64,000 bases of DNA from Bacteroidales bacterium (GTDB lineage: Bacteria > Bacteroidota > Bacteroidia > Bacteroidales > VadinHA17): contig JBNGDI010000005.1 in assembly GCA_049975425.1 (NCBI GenBank), positions 24,277-88,276 of the forward strand, written 5' to 3'. Below the pieces are notes generated by a model. The model was not told where the DNA came from and made no database searches. It worked only from the letters and a program-made list of their open reading frames with translations. Every line of letters starts with the position of its first letter. The stretch's first letter is position 1. Of the stretch, positions 28,905-38,765 are shown piece after piece. Made by a program: the position numbers and the translations under genes.

Positions 28905-28978
28905 AAAATAGACAAAAAGCTGCCAATGAACGTTAAAAATGCTTGCTGAAACATGCAATTTTCGTTCACTGGCAGCTA
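28905..28978 (-). terminator. long imperfect hairpin plus U-tract between susD and the GH43 gene (terminator/attenuator)
   Basis: The arms AGCTGCCAATGAACG (28919-28933) and CGTTCACTGGCAGCT (28964-28978) pair over 15 bp with one mismatch. On the minus-strand RNA the stem is followed by UUUUUGUCUAUUUUC. Confidence 0.5.
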
Positions 28979-29060
28979 CTGGCACTCCATTCTTCCTCAT
29001 GCGCAATCAACTAAACCTAACCTTATCAATCTAACCCGTCAAATCAGGGTGTATTTTTTG

Positions 29061-30596
29061 TCAATACCCCGGATTTTGCCGGATATTTTCGTTGGTATCG
29101 ATTTCCTGCTGTGGAATGGAGAAGTATTCACGTCCGGGAACATATGCTTCGAACTCAGGATCGTTCACCTTGAGTTCGGCCAGTTTGTCCGGATCATACA
29201 GCCATCCCCAGCGGACGATATCATCGAACCGGTGACCCTCCAGGGCAAATTCCAGGAACCGCTCATGGGCAAGCTGCTCCATCAGCTGGTCTTTCGTATA
29301 GCCTGCAAATTCCATTTCGCGGTCGGGGAGATCCACCCTGTCTCTTACCATCTGTATGTACTGAGCGGCAACACCGGGCTGGTCGAGCTGTATCATGCAC
29401 TCGGCATACATCAGCAGCACATCGGCATAGCGCATCAACCTTTCGTTGATGCCTGAGCGCCAGTCGAACTCATTTTCTCTCCCGCTCTGGTCGTTCTGGT
29501 ATTTTTTCGGGAAGATTTTTGTATGATCGGGGTATGCATCCCGGAAAGCCACACCGTAAAGAGTACATCCGGGGTAATCATAGATAATGGTTTCCCTCAG
29601 CCTGGGATCCACCTCCCCGCCCACGGTTTGTTCAATCTGGAACTGTTCAAACAGGTAGCGGGTTGGCAGCACGTCGGAGAAACCAAAATTCTCGGGGCCG
29701 TAAGTAATGGCCCGGGCCGTAGTTTTGCTCCAGTTGGCTGCCGGCTCATCCACCCATCCCAGAACGGTGCCGCCCACATCGCGGTCAAACTGGACCTCGA
29801 AGATCGATTCCTGGTTGTTTTCAAATTCTTCAGTGAAATTATCGCCGTAATTTTCCATCAGGCCGTATATACCGAGGTCAAAAACATCCTCGAACCGGTC
29901 GGCTGCATCTCCATACCTATGATTGAACAGATACGCCTTTCCCAGGTATGCCAGGGCGGCTCCCCGGGTGGCACGACCGATATCCGCTGCATTTTCCCAT
30001 TGCACCGGAAGCAGGTCGGCCGCATCGGAGAAATCGGCATAGATCTGGTCCCACACCAGTTCGGGATCTACCTGCGGTTGATAAAATTCATCCGAACTTT
30101 GATAGGATTCCAGGATCAGGGGGATGTTTCTGAAAAACTTCACCAGGTGCATGTAATACAGGCCTCTCAGGAATTTGGCCTGTCCCAGTAACCGGTCGTG
30201 CATTTCCTGGTCGGTCCACTCGATATCGTCTATCCGGGTAATCACATGGTTTGCCCTGTGAACCCCTCCGAAGAACACCACCCACAACCATTCCTGCATA
30301 ATTGAGTTATTGGGCAGGCTGAACCGGCCGGTATTGTGTATCACATCCCAGGGGCTGTCACCTTTGACGTCATCGCCGCGAAGGTCGAGAGCCAGCTGGC
30401 AGAATCGCATATAAGAGCCGTCATAATACAGGGTCTGGTAAATGGCATTGGTAGCATACCAGAAATCCTCTTCTGTTTTGAAGAAATTATCCACGTCGGG
30501 TCTGTTCGGGTTGGTCAGCTCCAGGAAATCCTCGCTGCAGGAAGGAGCCAGTACCATCAGAACAGCCGCCATGACAATGTATTTTATCGTTTTCAT
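29061..30596 (-). CDS. susD: SusD/RagB-family nutrient-binding outer-membrane lipoprotein
   Basis: Lipoprotein signal MKTIKYIVMAAVLMVLAPSCSED. It lies immediately downstream of susC. TPR-like helical composition and a typical about 510 aa length. Start at ATG 30596. Confidence 0.85.
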   Translation of the reverse strand: MKTIKYIVMAAVLMVLAPSCSEDFLELTNPNRPDVDNFFKTEEDFWYATNAIYQTLYYDGSYMRFCQLALDLRGDDVKGDSPWDVIHNTGRFSLPNNSIMQEWLWVVFFGGVHRANHVITRIDDIEWTDQEMHDRLLGQAKFLRGLYYMHLVKFFRNIPLILESYQSSDEFYQPQVDPELVWDQIYADFSDAADLLPVQWENAADIGRATRGAALAYLGKAYLFNHRYGDAADRFEDVFDLGIYGLMENYGDNFTEEFENNQESIFEVQFDRDVGGTVLGWVDEPAANWSKTTARAITYGPENFGFSDVLPTRYLFEQFQIEQTVGGEVDPRLRETIIYDYPGCTLYGVAFRDAYPDHTKIFPKKYQNDQSGRENEFDWRSGINERLMRYADVLLMYAECMIQLDQPGVAAQYIQMVRDRVDLPDREMEFAGYTKDQLMEQLAHERFLEFALEGHRFDDIVRWGWLYDPDKLAELKVNDPEFEAYVPGREYFSIPQQEIDTNENIRQNPGY

Positions 30597-30636
30597 ATTT
30601 TCCACGTTTTTGTTCTTTATCATTTGGTTTACTGAC

Positions 30637-33600
30637 TTAGAAACTGACCTGTACACCGGCCATCAGGGTTCTGGGGTTTGGCAGTCCTCCCATAAACCGG
30701 GTAAAAGGCTTGTTGGGATAGGTGGGATGGTCCACTCCGCGGTCCCACAGCACATCATACCCGAAATCGGGGTCAAAACCCGTGTATTTGGTGAAAGTGA
30801 TCAGGTTCTGCGCCTGAAAATACACCCGCATACCTGCCACTCCGACACGTCCAACCAGGTCTGCCGGCAAGGTATATCCCAGCTGCACGTTATCAATTTT
30901 CAGGTAATCACCCGGTTCAAGGAATCTGGCCGAAGCCCGTGCATTCTGGTTTGGATCTCCGATCACAACCCTGGGGATATCGGTATCGGTATTGGAAGGT
31001 GTCCAGCGGTCGAGCATCCGGGTTGACATATTGTTGTAATCACCCCCGTTCTCGAGCGTACCCCTGATGGTATTGAGGATCATGTTCCCGGCCACGCCGT
31101 GAGCACTGACAGTAAAATCAAAATTACGGTAGGCGGCGCTCAGATTAAAACCAAACATAACATCAGGAATGGCACTGCCCAGGTATGTACGGTCGTCGTC
31201 GTCGATTTTTCCGTCGGGCTCACCGGTCAGTTCACCTTCAGCATTTCTTCCGTTAATATCCCTGAATTTAAAGTCGCCGGGAGACGTGCCCGAAAGCTGG
31301 TAGAAACCGGTTGGCGAAGCGGCATTCAGGGCATCGATCTCGTCCTGCGTCTGGAATATCCCGTCAATTATGAAGCCGTAAAATTGGCCTACTTCGCTGC
31401 CCACGGCAGTGCGGGTCATGGTACCGTAAATTGGCCGGTCGCCGTATCCGAGCGAAAGCACTTCATTGTTCAGGGTGGTCAGGTTCCCGCTGACATCGAA
31501 AGTAAATTCGCCCCTCGACTTCCGGTATCCCAGGTTGAATTCAAACCCGCTGTTCCGGATGGATGCCCCGTTCACAGTGGGGGATTTCCAGTTATAAACC
31601 CCCGTGGATTCCGGAATGGGCACACTGACCAGCATATCGTCGGTGGTATTGTCATAATACTCGGCGGTAAGGTATATCCGGTTATTCATGAAACCCATAT
31701 CCACACCGAAATTGGTTGATTTTTTTTCTTCCCAGCGGATATCGGGGGTTCCGAATTCCAGGGGAATGATTCCCGGAGCCAGTATGCCGTTGAATACGGC
31801 ATGGGCATAAGGATTCACATAGGTACTGTACAGGTAATTCCCGATTTCCTGATTTCCCAGCACTCCGTAACTGAAGCGGAGCTTTAACTGGCTGATGGTG
31901 GGATTATCGCGCATGAAACTTTCGTTATGCACCTTCCATGCCAGGGCAACCGAGGGAAAGTTCCCCCAGCGGTAATCTTCACTGAACCGGGAAGAACCGT
32001 CGCGCCTGAGGGTGGCGGTAAGATAATACCGGTTATCATAATCGTATATCACACGGCCAAAGTAGGAAAGCAGTCTGTTCTGACCTTCCCAGCTGGTTAC
32101 ACTGATCCCTGAGGTACCATTGCTCAGGGTTTTGGAATACGGCCTGGGCAGTTCTTCCGCATGGCCTTCAATGCGTTTCACCTGGGCATCCAGCACGGTA
32201 TTCCCCACCATGGCGGTAACGTGATGATCGCCGAAGAACCTGTCGAAGGTAAGGGTTTGCTCAAGGGTTCCGGTAAAACCGAATCCTCTCCAGTCATCCA
32301 GCTTCGATACGGTATTCTGGAAAAACCAGCCCAGGTCATATTCCGGCACGAAGTAAAAATCCCTCCAGTCAACCCGTTCGTAACTCAGGCTGAGGTTATA
32401 GTTCAGGCCTTCGAAGAATTCATAGTCACCGTAAACATTTCCCAGGAAGCGATTTCTTACAGTATTGGCTTCCAGCAGGTTGTTCACACCGATCACATTC
32501 AGGGTGATGGCTTTGTGGATCTGGTTGTCGGCTCCGCCATAGCCGCCCAGCCGATTTTCATCGTACACCGGCATAGTGGGAATAGCTTTAACCATGTCCC
32601 ATATCGGATTGCCAACATGAAGGTGTGTCATTCTGACCTGGTCGGCCGAAGTGTAATGAATGGATTCGCCGAAACTAAAACGGCCCTTTTTATGGTCGGA
32701 GTTTACGGTAACCGAGTAACGGGTATACCGGGGAGCCGGGCCTTCCAAAGTCCCGGTCTGGTCGAAATAGCTCAGGGCGGCATGGAAAGTGGAACTTTCC
32801 GTTCCCCCTGAAATGTTCAGGATATGCTCTGTAATCCCCCCGGTGGTCAGGGCTTCTTCCTGCCAGTCGGTATCAATATCATCGATAAATTCGACTGAAG
32901 TGGGGTCATTGCCCAGCACCAGGGGTTCGCCTGCATTCACACAGGCTTCGTTCACCAGCATCTGGTACTGTTCCCGGTTCAACACATCATAGCGTCCCGT
33001 TACATTTTGCATACCGTAGTATCCCTGGTAATCCACCTTCAGTTTGCCTTTTGTTCCCCGGCGGGTGGTAATGATCACCACCCCGTTGGCAGCCCGTGAT
33101 CCGTAAATGGCACTGGCCGAGGCATCTTTCAGCACCTGAATGGATTCAATCTGCGACAGGGGAAAGTCCTGTATGGGCGCTACCACTCCGTCGATAATAT
33201 AAAGCGGATCATTGTTCCCGAAGGTTCCAATCCCGCGGATCTGGACCTGCGGGCTGGCTCCCGGTTCTCCACCACTCTGCACACTCACACCCGGCACTTT
33301 CCCCTGGAGGGCTTTTGTCACGTCGTGGGTAGCCATTTTTGACATTTCTCCCACATCCACCACAGTAACTGACCCGGTAAGGTCTGATTTCTTCTGGGTA
33401 CCGTACCCGATCACCACCAGTTCTTCCAGGGCCAGGATGTCTTCTTCCATAACCACATCAACCCGGTTTCTTCCGTTCACAGGTTCCTCCAGCGTGGTAT
33501 ACCCCACAAAAGAGAACACCAGCACGGCATCTGGTCCGGGCACGGTGATGGAATAATTCCCGTTTGCGTCGGAAATGGTCCCCGTTTGAGTGCCTTTAAC

Positions 33601-33750
33601 CAGAATATTGACAGCCGGCAATGGCTCACCTGTAGTCTGGTCGGTAATGGTCCCGGTGACCGTAAATTCCTGCGCAAAAACGATTCCCGTTGTCCATAGC
33701 AGAAGAAGAAATATGCTTCTGCACAGACAATAAATGAGTTTTTTGTTCAT
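30637..33750 (-). CDS. susC: SusC-type TonB-dependent outer-membrane transporter
   Basis: Carboxypeptidase-regulatory-like N-domain (VTGTITDQTTGEPLPAVNILVKGT). Plug (QIRGIGTFGNNDPLYIIDGV). About 1000 aa with a C-terminal ...MAGVQVSF. Confidence 0.9.
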   Translation of the reverse strand: MNKKLIYCLCRSIFLLLLWTTGIVFAQEFTVTGTITDQTTGEPLPAVNILVKGTQTGTISDANGNYSITVPGPDAVLVFSFVGYTTLEEPVNGRNRVDVVMEEDILALEELVVIGYGTQKKSDLTGSVTVVDVGEMSKMATHDVTKALQGKVPGVSVQSGGEPGASPQVQIRGIGTFGNNDPLYIIDGVVAPIQDFPLSQIESIQVLKDASASAIYGSRAANGVVIITTRRGTKGKLKVDYQGYYGMQNVTGRYDVLNREQYQMLVNEACVNAGEPLVLGNDPTSVEFIDDIDTDWQEEALTTGGITEHILNISGGTESSTFHAALSYFDQTGTLEGPAPRYTRYSVTVNSDHKKGRFSFGESIHYTSADQVRMTHLHVGNPIWDMVKAIPTMPVYDENRLGGYGGADNQIHKAITLNVIGVNNLLEANTVRNRFLGNVYGDYEFFEGLNYNLSLSYERVDWRDFYFVPEYDLGWFFQNTVSKLDDWRGFGFTGTLEQTLTFDRFFGDHHVTAMVGNTVLDAQVKRIEGHAEELPRPYSKTLSNGTSGISVTSWEGQNRLLSYFGRVIYDYDNRYYLTATLRRDGSSRFSEDYRWGNFPSVALAWKVHNESFMRDNPTISQLKLRFSYGVLGNQEIGNYLYSTYVNPYAHAVFNGILAPGIIPLEFGTPDIRWEEKKSTNFGVDMGFMNNRIYLTAEYYDNTTDDMLVSVPIPESTGVYNWKSPTVNGASIRNSGFEFNLGYRKSRGEFTFDVSGNLTTLNNEVLSLGYGDRPIYGTMTRTAVGSEVGQFYGFIIDGIFQTQDEIDALNAASPTGFYQLSGTSPGDFKFRDINGRNAEGELTGEPDGKIDDDDRTYLGSAIPDVMFGFNLSAAYRNFDFTVSAHGVAGNMILNTIRGTLENGGDYNNMSTRMLDRWTPSNTDTDIPRVVIGDPNQNARASARFLEPGDYLKIDNVQLGYTLPADLVGRVGVAGMRVYFQAQNLITFTKYTGFDPDFGYDVLWDRGVDHPTYPNKPFTRFMGGLPNPRTLMAGVQVSF

Positions 33751-33931
33751 AGATGTTAGATTTTAGGGTTAAGTCTATGTGAAAAATTACAACAAGATGG
33801 GTGGCCTGAGGTGGATAAATACGTATTTATGGTGGACGAATGTGTAAAAGAACAGGAAGGAAGATTCCTTTTCTCTGAGAATGAGATGATTTTGTAAAAA
33901 GGAATGTACAAACTTCGGAAATGCAGGAGAA

Positions 33932-36900
33932 TTATGGTTCTTTTGAGTCCCTTTCCCCTGAGCGGAAAGAAGTGAAGGAAGCATCTTTTCCCGGCAGGGG
34001 GTCCCTGCCGGAATCATTGATATAATCGGTGGGTGATTTACCGAAATATTTTCTGAAACAGCGGCTGAAATATTTCGGGTCGTTGAATCCCACCTCAAAC
34101 GCCACACCGGTAATGTTTAAACGACCCTGCAGCAGAAGCCGGGCAGCTTTCTTTAACCTCAGGGTGGTAATAAAATCATTGGCCGACATTCCCGCTATGG
34201 CGCTAAGTTTTTTATGCAGCAGGCTGCGACTGACACACATCTCAGAAGCCAGCCTCTGCACTCCGAATTCCGGATCAGTGAGGTTGCCGTCCAAAATGTT
34301 CAGGATTTTCCCTATAAACTCCCGGTCTGTAGCTGAGGTGGCAATGTCGCCCGGGTCGGAAATCAGGCTTCCCGAAAAGATCTTCTGGAGCTTGCGCCTG
34401 TTGGAGAGCAAACTGGTTATTTTGGCCTCCAGTATTTCAAGATGGAAGGGTTTGGAAATATAATCGTCGGCGCCCGACTCCAGGCCTTCGACAAAATCCT
34501 CCACTTCTGAACGGGCAGACAACAGAATAACCGGGATATGAGAGGTGAGCAGGTTGGATTTGATCCGGGAGGCAAACTCAATCCCGTCAATGCCGGGCAT
34601 CATAATATCGGAAATAATGATGTCGGGGCTGAATTTTTCGGCCAGAGCCATCCCGTCGGTGGCATTTCCGGCTGTCAGCATCCGGAAAGAAGGCGTGAAG
34701 AAATCAATCATGCATCCTACCATATCCTCGTCATCATCCAGAAACAGCAGCAAGGGTTTGTGTTTTTCATCCAATGCTCCGGCCTCTGCTTCCTGAACCT
34801 TCTTGTTTGACGGCGGAGTTTCTTTTTTCGGAACATAATGTTGATACCATGTATCTCCATGCTTTTCCATAAAAAGATCGTCCTGCTTCCTGAAATATTC
34901 ACCATAAACAAGTTCCTCATTCCCTCTGGGAATCAGTACACGAAATGTGGTTCCCCGGCCGGGGGTACTCTTTACATACAACAAACCCCTGTGAATTTTG
35001 ACCAGTTCCTTGGTCAGAAACAGGCCGATTCCCGTTCCGCCCGAAGAACCTTCCTGACGGGCGGAAATACGGTAGAAATTCCGGAAAATGTCTTTCAGGT
35101 ACTGTGTATCTATTCCGATCCCGGTATCCTGCACCCGGATTTCCAGAAATTCTTCCCGTTCACCCTGTCTGATCATTCGTTTTCCAAGAATCTGAATTTC
35201 TTCATCCATAAGCCGGGGTCCTGTTATACTGACAGAAACCGTAATTTTTCCGTTTTCCGGGGTATTTTTAAAGGCATTGGACAGCAAGTTGGAAACAATG
35301 ATCTCCATCTTATCCCGGTCATAGGTTGTTCTGCAGGTCCCCACGGCATTATTCACCACAAAGGTGATCTTTTTCTGTCGTGCCAGCTCGGAAAAAGACC
35401 GGGAAAGGCTTTCGACAAAGGCAGGCAGGTCACCACGATCGGGTTTGAAATCGGTATGGCCGGTTTTGATCTTTCTGATTTCCATCAATTGATTGATCAG
35501 ATGCAGAAGCCTTCTTGCATTTCTATGTATCAGCATGAGCCTGTTGCGTAAAGGATGATGGGCCTCCAGCTGATTGATAATGTGTGTCAGAGGGGAAATG
35601 ATCAGGGTCAGAGGAGTTTTAAATTCATGGGATATCTGTGTAAAGAAACGCAATTGCTGATGGTTGATTTCCTGTATCCGCTTGTTCAGATCCACCAGCT
35701 TGTTCCTTTGTTGAAGTATCTCGATGTTTCTCGAAACAAGCTCTTCCTTTTGTTCTTCAATCTTTTCCTGGCGGAGCTGGGTTTGCAGGTATGCATTTCT
35801 GAGCTGTTCGTTTTTTTTCAGCAGAGTCCTCTCATGTTCCTCAATTTTTGCCGTACGGCGTTTAACCAGTTCTTCCAGTATCTTTTTCTGTCGTTCCAGA
35901 GAAAAGGTGCGCCAGCGGATATAGAGCATGATACCCATGATCACGGCTACCGCTACCAGAATTCTGAACCACCACTGTACCCAGAAAGGCGGTATCACAG
36001 TAATTTTTATCTTCAGGGGAGGTTCTGTCCATTGCCCGTTCACACCGGCCTTTACCAGGAAGAAGTATTCGCCTCCCTGCAGATTGGTGTAGCTTACCAG
36101 GCGGTGGCTGTGATCAACATATTTCCATTCCTCATCAAATCCCTGCATCAGGTATGCATACTCCACCTTTTCCGGTTGACTGTATTCGAAGGCAGAAAAT
36201 TCAAAGGAAAATTCTTTTTGACGGTATGAAAGCAGAACCTGGTCGGCAAGGGTGATATTTTTCTGCAGAACCACCCGGTTCCCGTATTCAACACCCACGT
36301 CTACGGGGCGGTTGAAAATTTTAAAATCGGTCAGTACCACCCGGGGCGGTTTGCTGAAAAATGAAACACTGTCAGGATAAAATGCCATACATCCGTTCAT
36401 GCTTCCGAAATACATTCTTCCCTCTTCATTCCGGTAAGCAGCCATCCAGTAAAACTGATTGCTTGTCAAACCGTCGGAAACGAACAGGTTGAAAAATCTT
36501 TCGTTTTCCGGATCAAATCTTGATAATCCATGATCGGTACTGAGCCACAGGCATCCTCTGTCATCCTCCAGAATTCCGTATACAATATTATTTGACAGGC
36601 CGTCGTCGGTGGTATAATGAATGAACTGGGGAGTGCCATGTGTTGTGGGTAAGATCATTTTATCCAGCCCGTTCCCGTATGTCCCAAACCACATGGTCCC
36701 GTCGCTTCCCCGGTGTATGGAAATAACATAATTTCCGCCCAGGGAAGAGGGATTATCCGGATTGTGTATAAAGGTGGTTATACTGTTCCGTCTGCCACGA
36801 AGCACACCATCTTCTTCCGGGCTTATCCGGTGCAGGCCGATACGTGTTCCCACCCAGAGATTTCCTTCGGCGTCAAATTCCAGGCACCCAACCTGATCGA

Positions 36901-38482
36901 TCACAACAGACAATGAATCGCGACCCACATGTGTAAAGGTGCCCGTTTCCGGATCAAACCGGTCAAGACCACCCAGGGTACCCACCCACAGGTTCCCCCG
37001 GTCATCTGTCACCAGAGAAGAAATAAAATCAGAGATCAATTGACCGTTTTCTTCTTCCGCATCTCCGTACCGGATAAAAATGCCCGGGGAAACATTCCCG
37101 GGGGTCAGTTTGAACAGACCTTCACCCCAGGTTCCGATCCACAGGTTCCCCCGACTGTCTCTGATCATGGATGTAATGAAATCGTTGCCCAGCGCACCGG
37201 GCTTATCCTGATCGCCCCGGTAAAATCTGAAAGTACCCGTTTTCTTGTTATACCGGTTTAATCCTCCTCCCGCAGTCCCTATCCATATATAGGCTTCATC
37301 TTCATATATTGAATTTACTGTATTGTGATTCAAACTGTTCGGATCGTCAGGTTCATTCACAAAAAACCCGATCCTTTCCTGGAAAACATTGTACCGGTTC
37401 ACTCCTCCCCGCTCCGTTCCCACCCATACATTGCCCGATTCATCTGCGTACAGGCAGTTTACAAAATCATTATTCAGCCCCCAGTCAATATTCAGCCGGT
37501 GCCTGTAATTCGTAAAACCGTCGGATTCTTCCCGGTATATGCTCAAACCACCCAGTGTTCCCACTATCATGTTGCCGAACAGGTCTTCCGTCACACTCAT
37601 CACATAGTTATGGACCAGGCTGGAAGGGTCATCCGGCTGGTGACTATATCCTTTCCAGGTATGTGTTTCCGCATCGTACCGGTTGAGGCCGCTCTGGGTT
37701 CCTACCCAGTAAATGCCCGCACGGTCCTGGTATACACAATGTATCACATTGTTACTCAGCGTATTCTCATTTTCCGGATCATTCCGGAAATGCATAAATT
37801 CGTTACGGTTTTCACGATATACAAACAGACCGTCGCCGGTCCCGATCCATACCTGCCCCTTGCGGTCTTCATAAAGACCGGTAATATTTCTTGATCCGGT
37901 GGAAGAAAAGCCGGGGTGCCGGGAAACATGTACCACCTTCCGGATCTCATAACCGTTTTCACGGAGGATAAGCTTATCCAGGCCTTTGTCCGTTCCCACC
38001 CAGATATTTCCGTTCCTGTCGCATAGCACCGCCTGAACAATATTGGAACAGATGGTATTATCTTCCTCACTTTCGGAAAGGTAGCGGTAAAACCGGTTCC
38101 CTGCATAATGAAAAACATTGAGGCCGTTCCGGGTTCCGATCCAGATATTCCCCGAGGTATCGGCATCCATGGTGTACACAAAATTGCTGGATATACTGTT
38201 CGGATCGGAAGGATCATACCGGTATACATCGAATGAATACCCGTTGAAACGGTTCAGCCCGTCCCATGTGCCAAACCACATAAACCCGTTATGATCTTTA
38301 AGGATGCAATCGATCATGTTCTGCGACAGACCGGCATCGGAAGTAATGTGCTGGAAACGAATGGATTTCTTCTGGGCAGAGATGTAGCCCGGAAGGAAGA
38401 AAAGTAGAAAAAACAGAAAAACAGGTACCCTTCCCGTCCATCTGGCGGGTATGCATGGGCTATATCCGGCGGGATATTTCAT
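33932..38482 (-). CDS. hybrid two-component system (HTCS) PUL sensor/regulator
   Basis: Periplasmic Reg_prop beta-propeller repeats (WFGTWDGLNRF, WIGTRNGLNVF, WVGTDKGLDKL ...). A transmembrane segment. H-box FFTQISHEFKTPLTLI. GGTGIGLFLTKELV. Receiver LLLFLDDDEDM...ISDIMMPGIDG. AraC-type HTH (AFEVGFNDPKYFSRCFRKYFGKSP). ATG 38482; the track start 38509 is TTG. Confidence 0.9.
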   Translation of the reverse strand: MKYPAGYSPCIPARWTGRVPVFLFFLLFFLPGYISAQKKSIRFQHITSDAGLSQNMIDCILKDHNGFMWFGTWDGLNRFNGYSFDVYRYDPSDPNSISSNFVYTMDADTSGNIWIGTRNGLNVFHYAGNRFYRYLSESEEDNTICSNIVQAVLCDRNGNIWVGTDKGLDKLILRENGYEIRKVVHVSRHPGFSSTGSRNITGLYEDRKGQVWIGTGDGLFVYRENRNEFMHFRNDPENENTLSNNVIHCVYQDRAGIYWVGTQSGLNRYDAETHTWKGYSHQPDDPSSLVHNYVMSVTEDLFGNMIVGTLGGLSIYREESDGFTNYRHRLNIDWGLNNDFVNCLYADESGNVWVGTERGGVNRYNVFQERIGFFVNEPDDPNSLNHNTVNSIYEDEAYIWIGTAGGGLNRYNKKTGTFRFYRGDQDKPGALGNDFITSMIRDSRGNLWIGTWGEGLFKLTPGNVSPGIFIRYGDAEEENGQLISDFISSLVTDDRGNLWVGTLGGLDRFDPETGTFTHVGRDSLSVVIDQVGCLEFDAEGNLWVGTRIGLHRISPEEDGVLRGRRNSITTFIHNPDNPSSLGGNYVISIHRGSDGTMWFGTYGNGLDKMILPTTHGTPQFIHYTTDDGLSNNIVYGILEDDRGCLWLSTDHGLSRFDPENERFFNLFVSDGLTSNQFYWMAAYRNEEGRMYFGSMNGCMAFYPDSVSFFSKPPRVVLTDFKIFNRPVDVGVEYGNRVVLQKNITLADQVLLSYRQKEFSFEFSAFEYSQPEKVEYAYLMQGFDEEWKYVDHSHRLVSYTNLQGGEYFFLVKAGVNGQWTEPPLKIKITVIPPFWVQWWFRILVAVAVIMGIMLYIRWRTFSLERQKKILEELVKRRTAKIEEHERTLLKKNEQLRNAYLQTQLRQEKIEEQKEELVSRNIEILQQRNKLVDLNKRIQEINHQQLRFFTQISHEFKTPLTLIISPLTHIINQLEAHHPLRNRLMLIHRNARRLLHLINQLMEIRKIKTGHTDFKPDRGDLPAFVESLSRSFSELARQKKITFVVNNAVGTCRTTYDRDKMEIIVSNLLSNAFKNTPENGKITVSVSITGPRLMDEEIQILGKRMIRQGEREEFLEIRVQDTGIGIDTQYLKDIFRNFYRISARQEGSSGGTGIGLFLTKELVKIHRGLLYVKSTPGRGTTFRVLIPRGNEELVYGEYFRKQDDLFMEKHGDTWYQHYVPKKETPPSNKKVQEAEAGALDEKHKPLLLFLDDDEDMVGCMIDFFTPSFRMLTAGNATDGMALAEKFSPDIIISDIMMPGIDGIEFASRIKSNLLTSHIPVILLSARSEVEDFVEGLESGADDYISKPFHLEILEAKITSLLSNRRKLQKIFSGSLISDPGDIATSATDREFIGKILNILDGNLTDPEFGVQRLASEMCVSRSLLHKKLSAIAGMSANDFITTLRLKKAARLLLQGRLNITGVAFEVGFNDPKYFSRCFRKYFGKSPTDYINDSGRDPLPGKDASFTSFRSGERDSKEP

Positions 38483-38765
38483 GTTGACCAACACCCGGTA
38501 GTGCAACAAAATATCCTTTAATCAGAGTCATGGGAACACTTCGGTTCCTGCCCTGTTCTTTTCCAGTACTTGCAACAGGGCGGAATATCCCATGCAGTAT
38601 TTTCAGGCTCAAATCAGCCTCCCCATTTTCAACTGATGAGGGAAACTGTTAACAGAACCATTGAGTACACAGAGGGATTATCCGCCATGCGGTAATCCCT
38701 TTTCGAAATTTAAGAAATTTATATGAGAACCGGAAATTTCCCCGGTCCGGGTACATAACGGTATT

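Noticed and set aside
30597-30656. The SusD ORF starting at 30656 and overlapping the susC 3' end by 20 nt
   Set aside because: The internal ATG at 30596 gives a canonical lipoprotein signal peptide (MKTIKYIV...APSC). The longer form adds a non-signal-like extension.
38510-38765. Hairpins GGGATTATCCGC-cat-GCGGTAATCCC and CCGGAAATTTCCCCGG downstream of araB, as terminators
   Set aside because: The structures are real. On the transcribed minus strand, however, neither is followed by a U-tract, and the T-tract is on the non-transcribed orientation. That is too ambiguous to call as a terminator feature.
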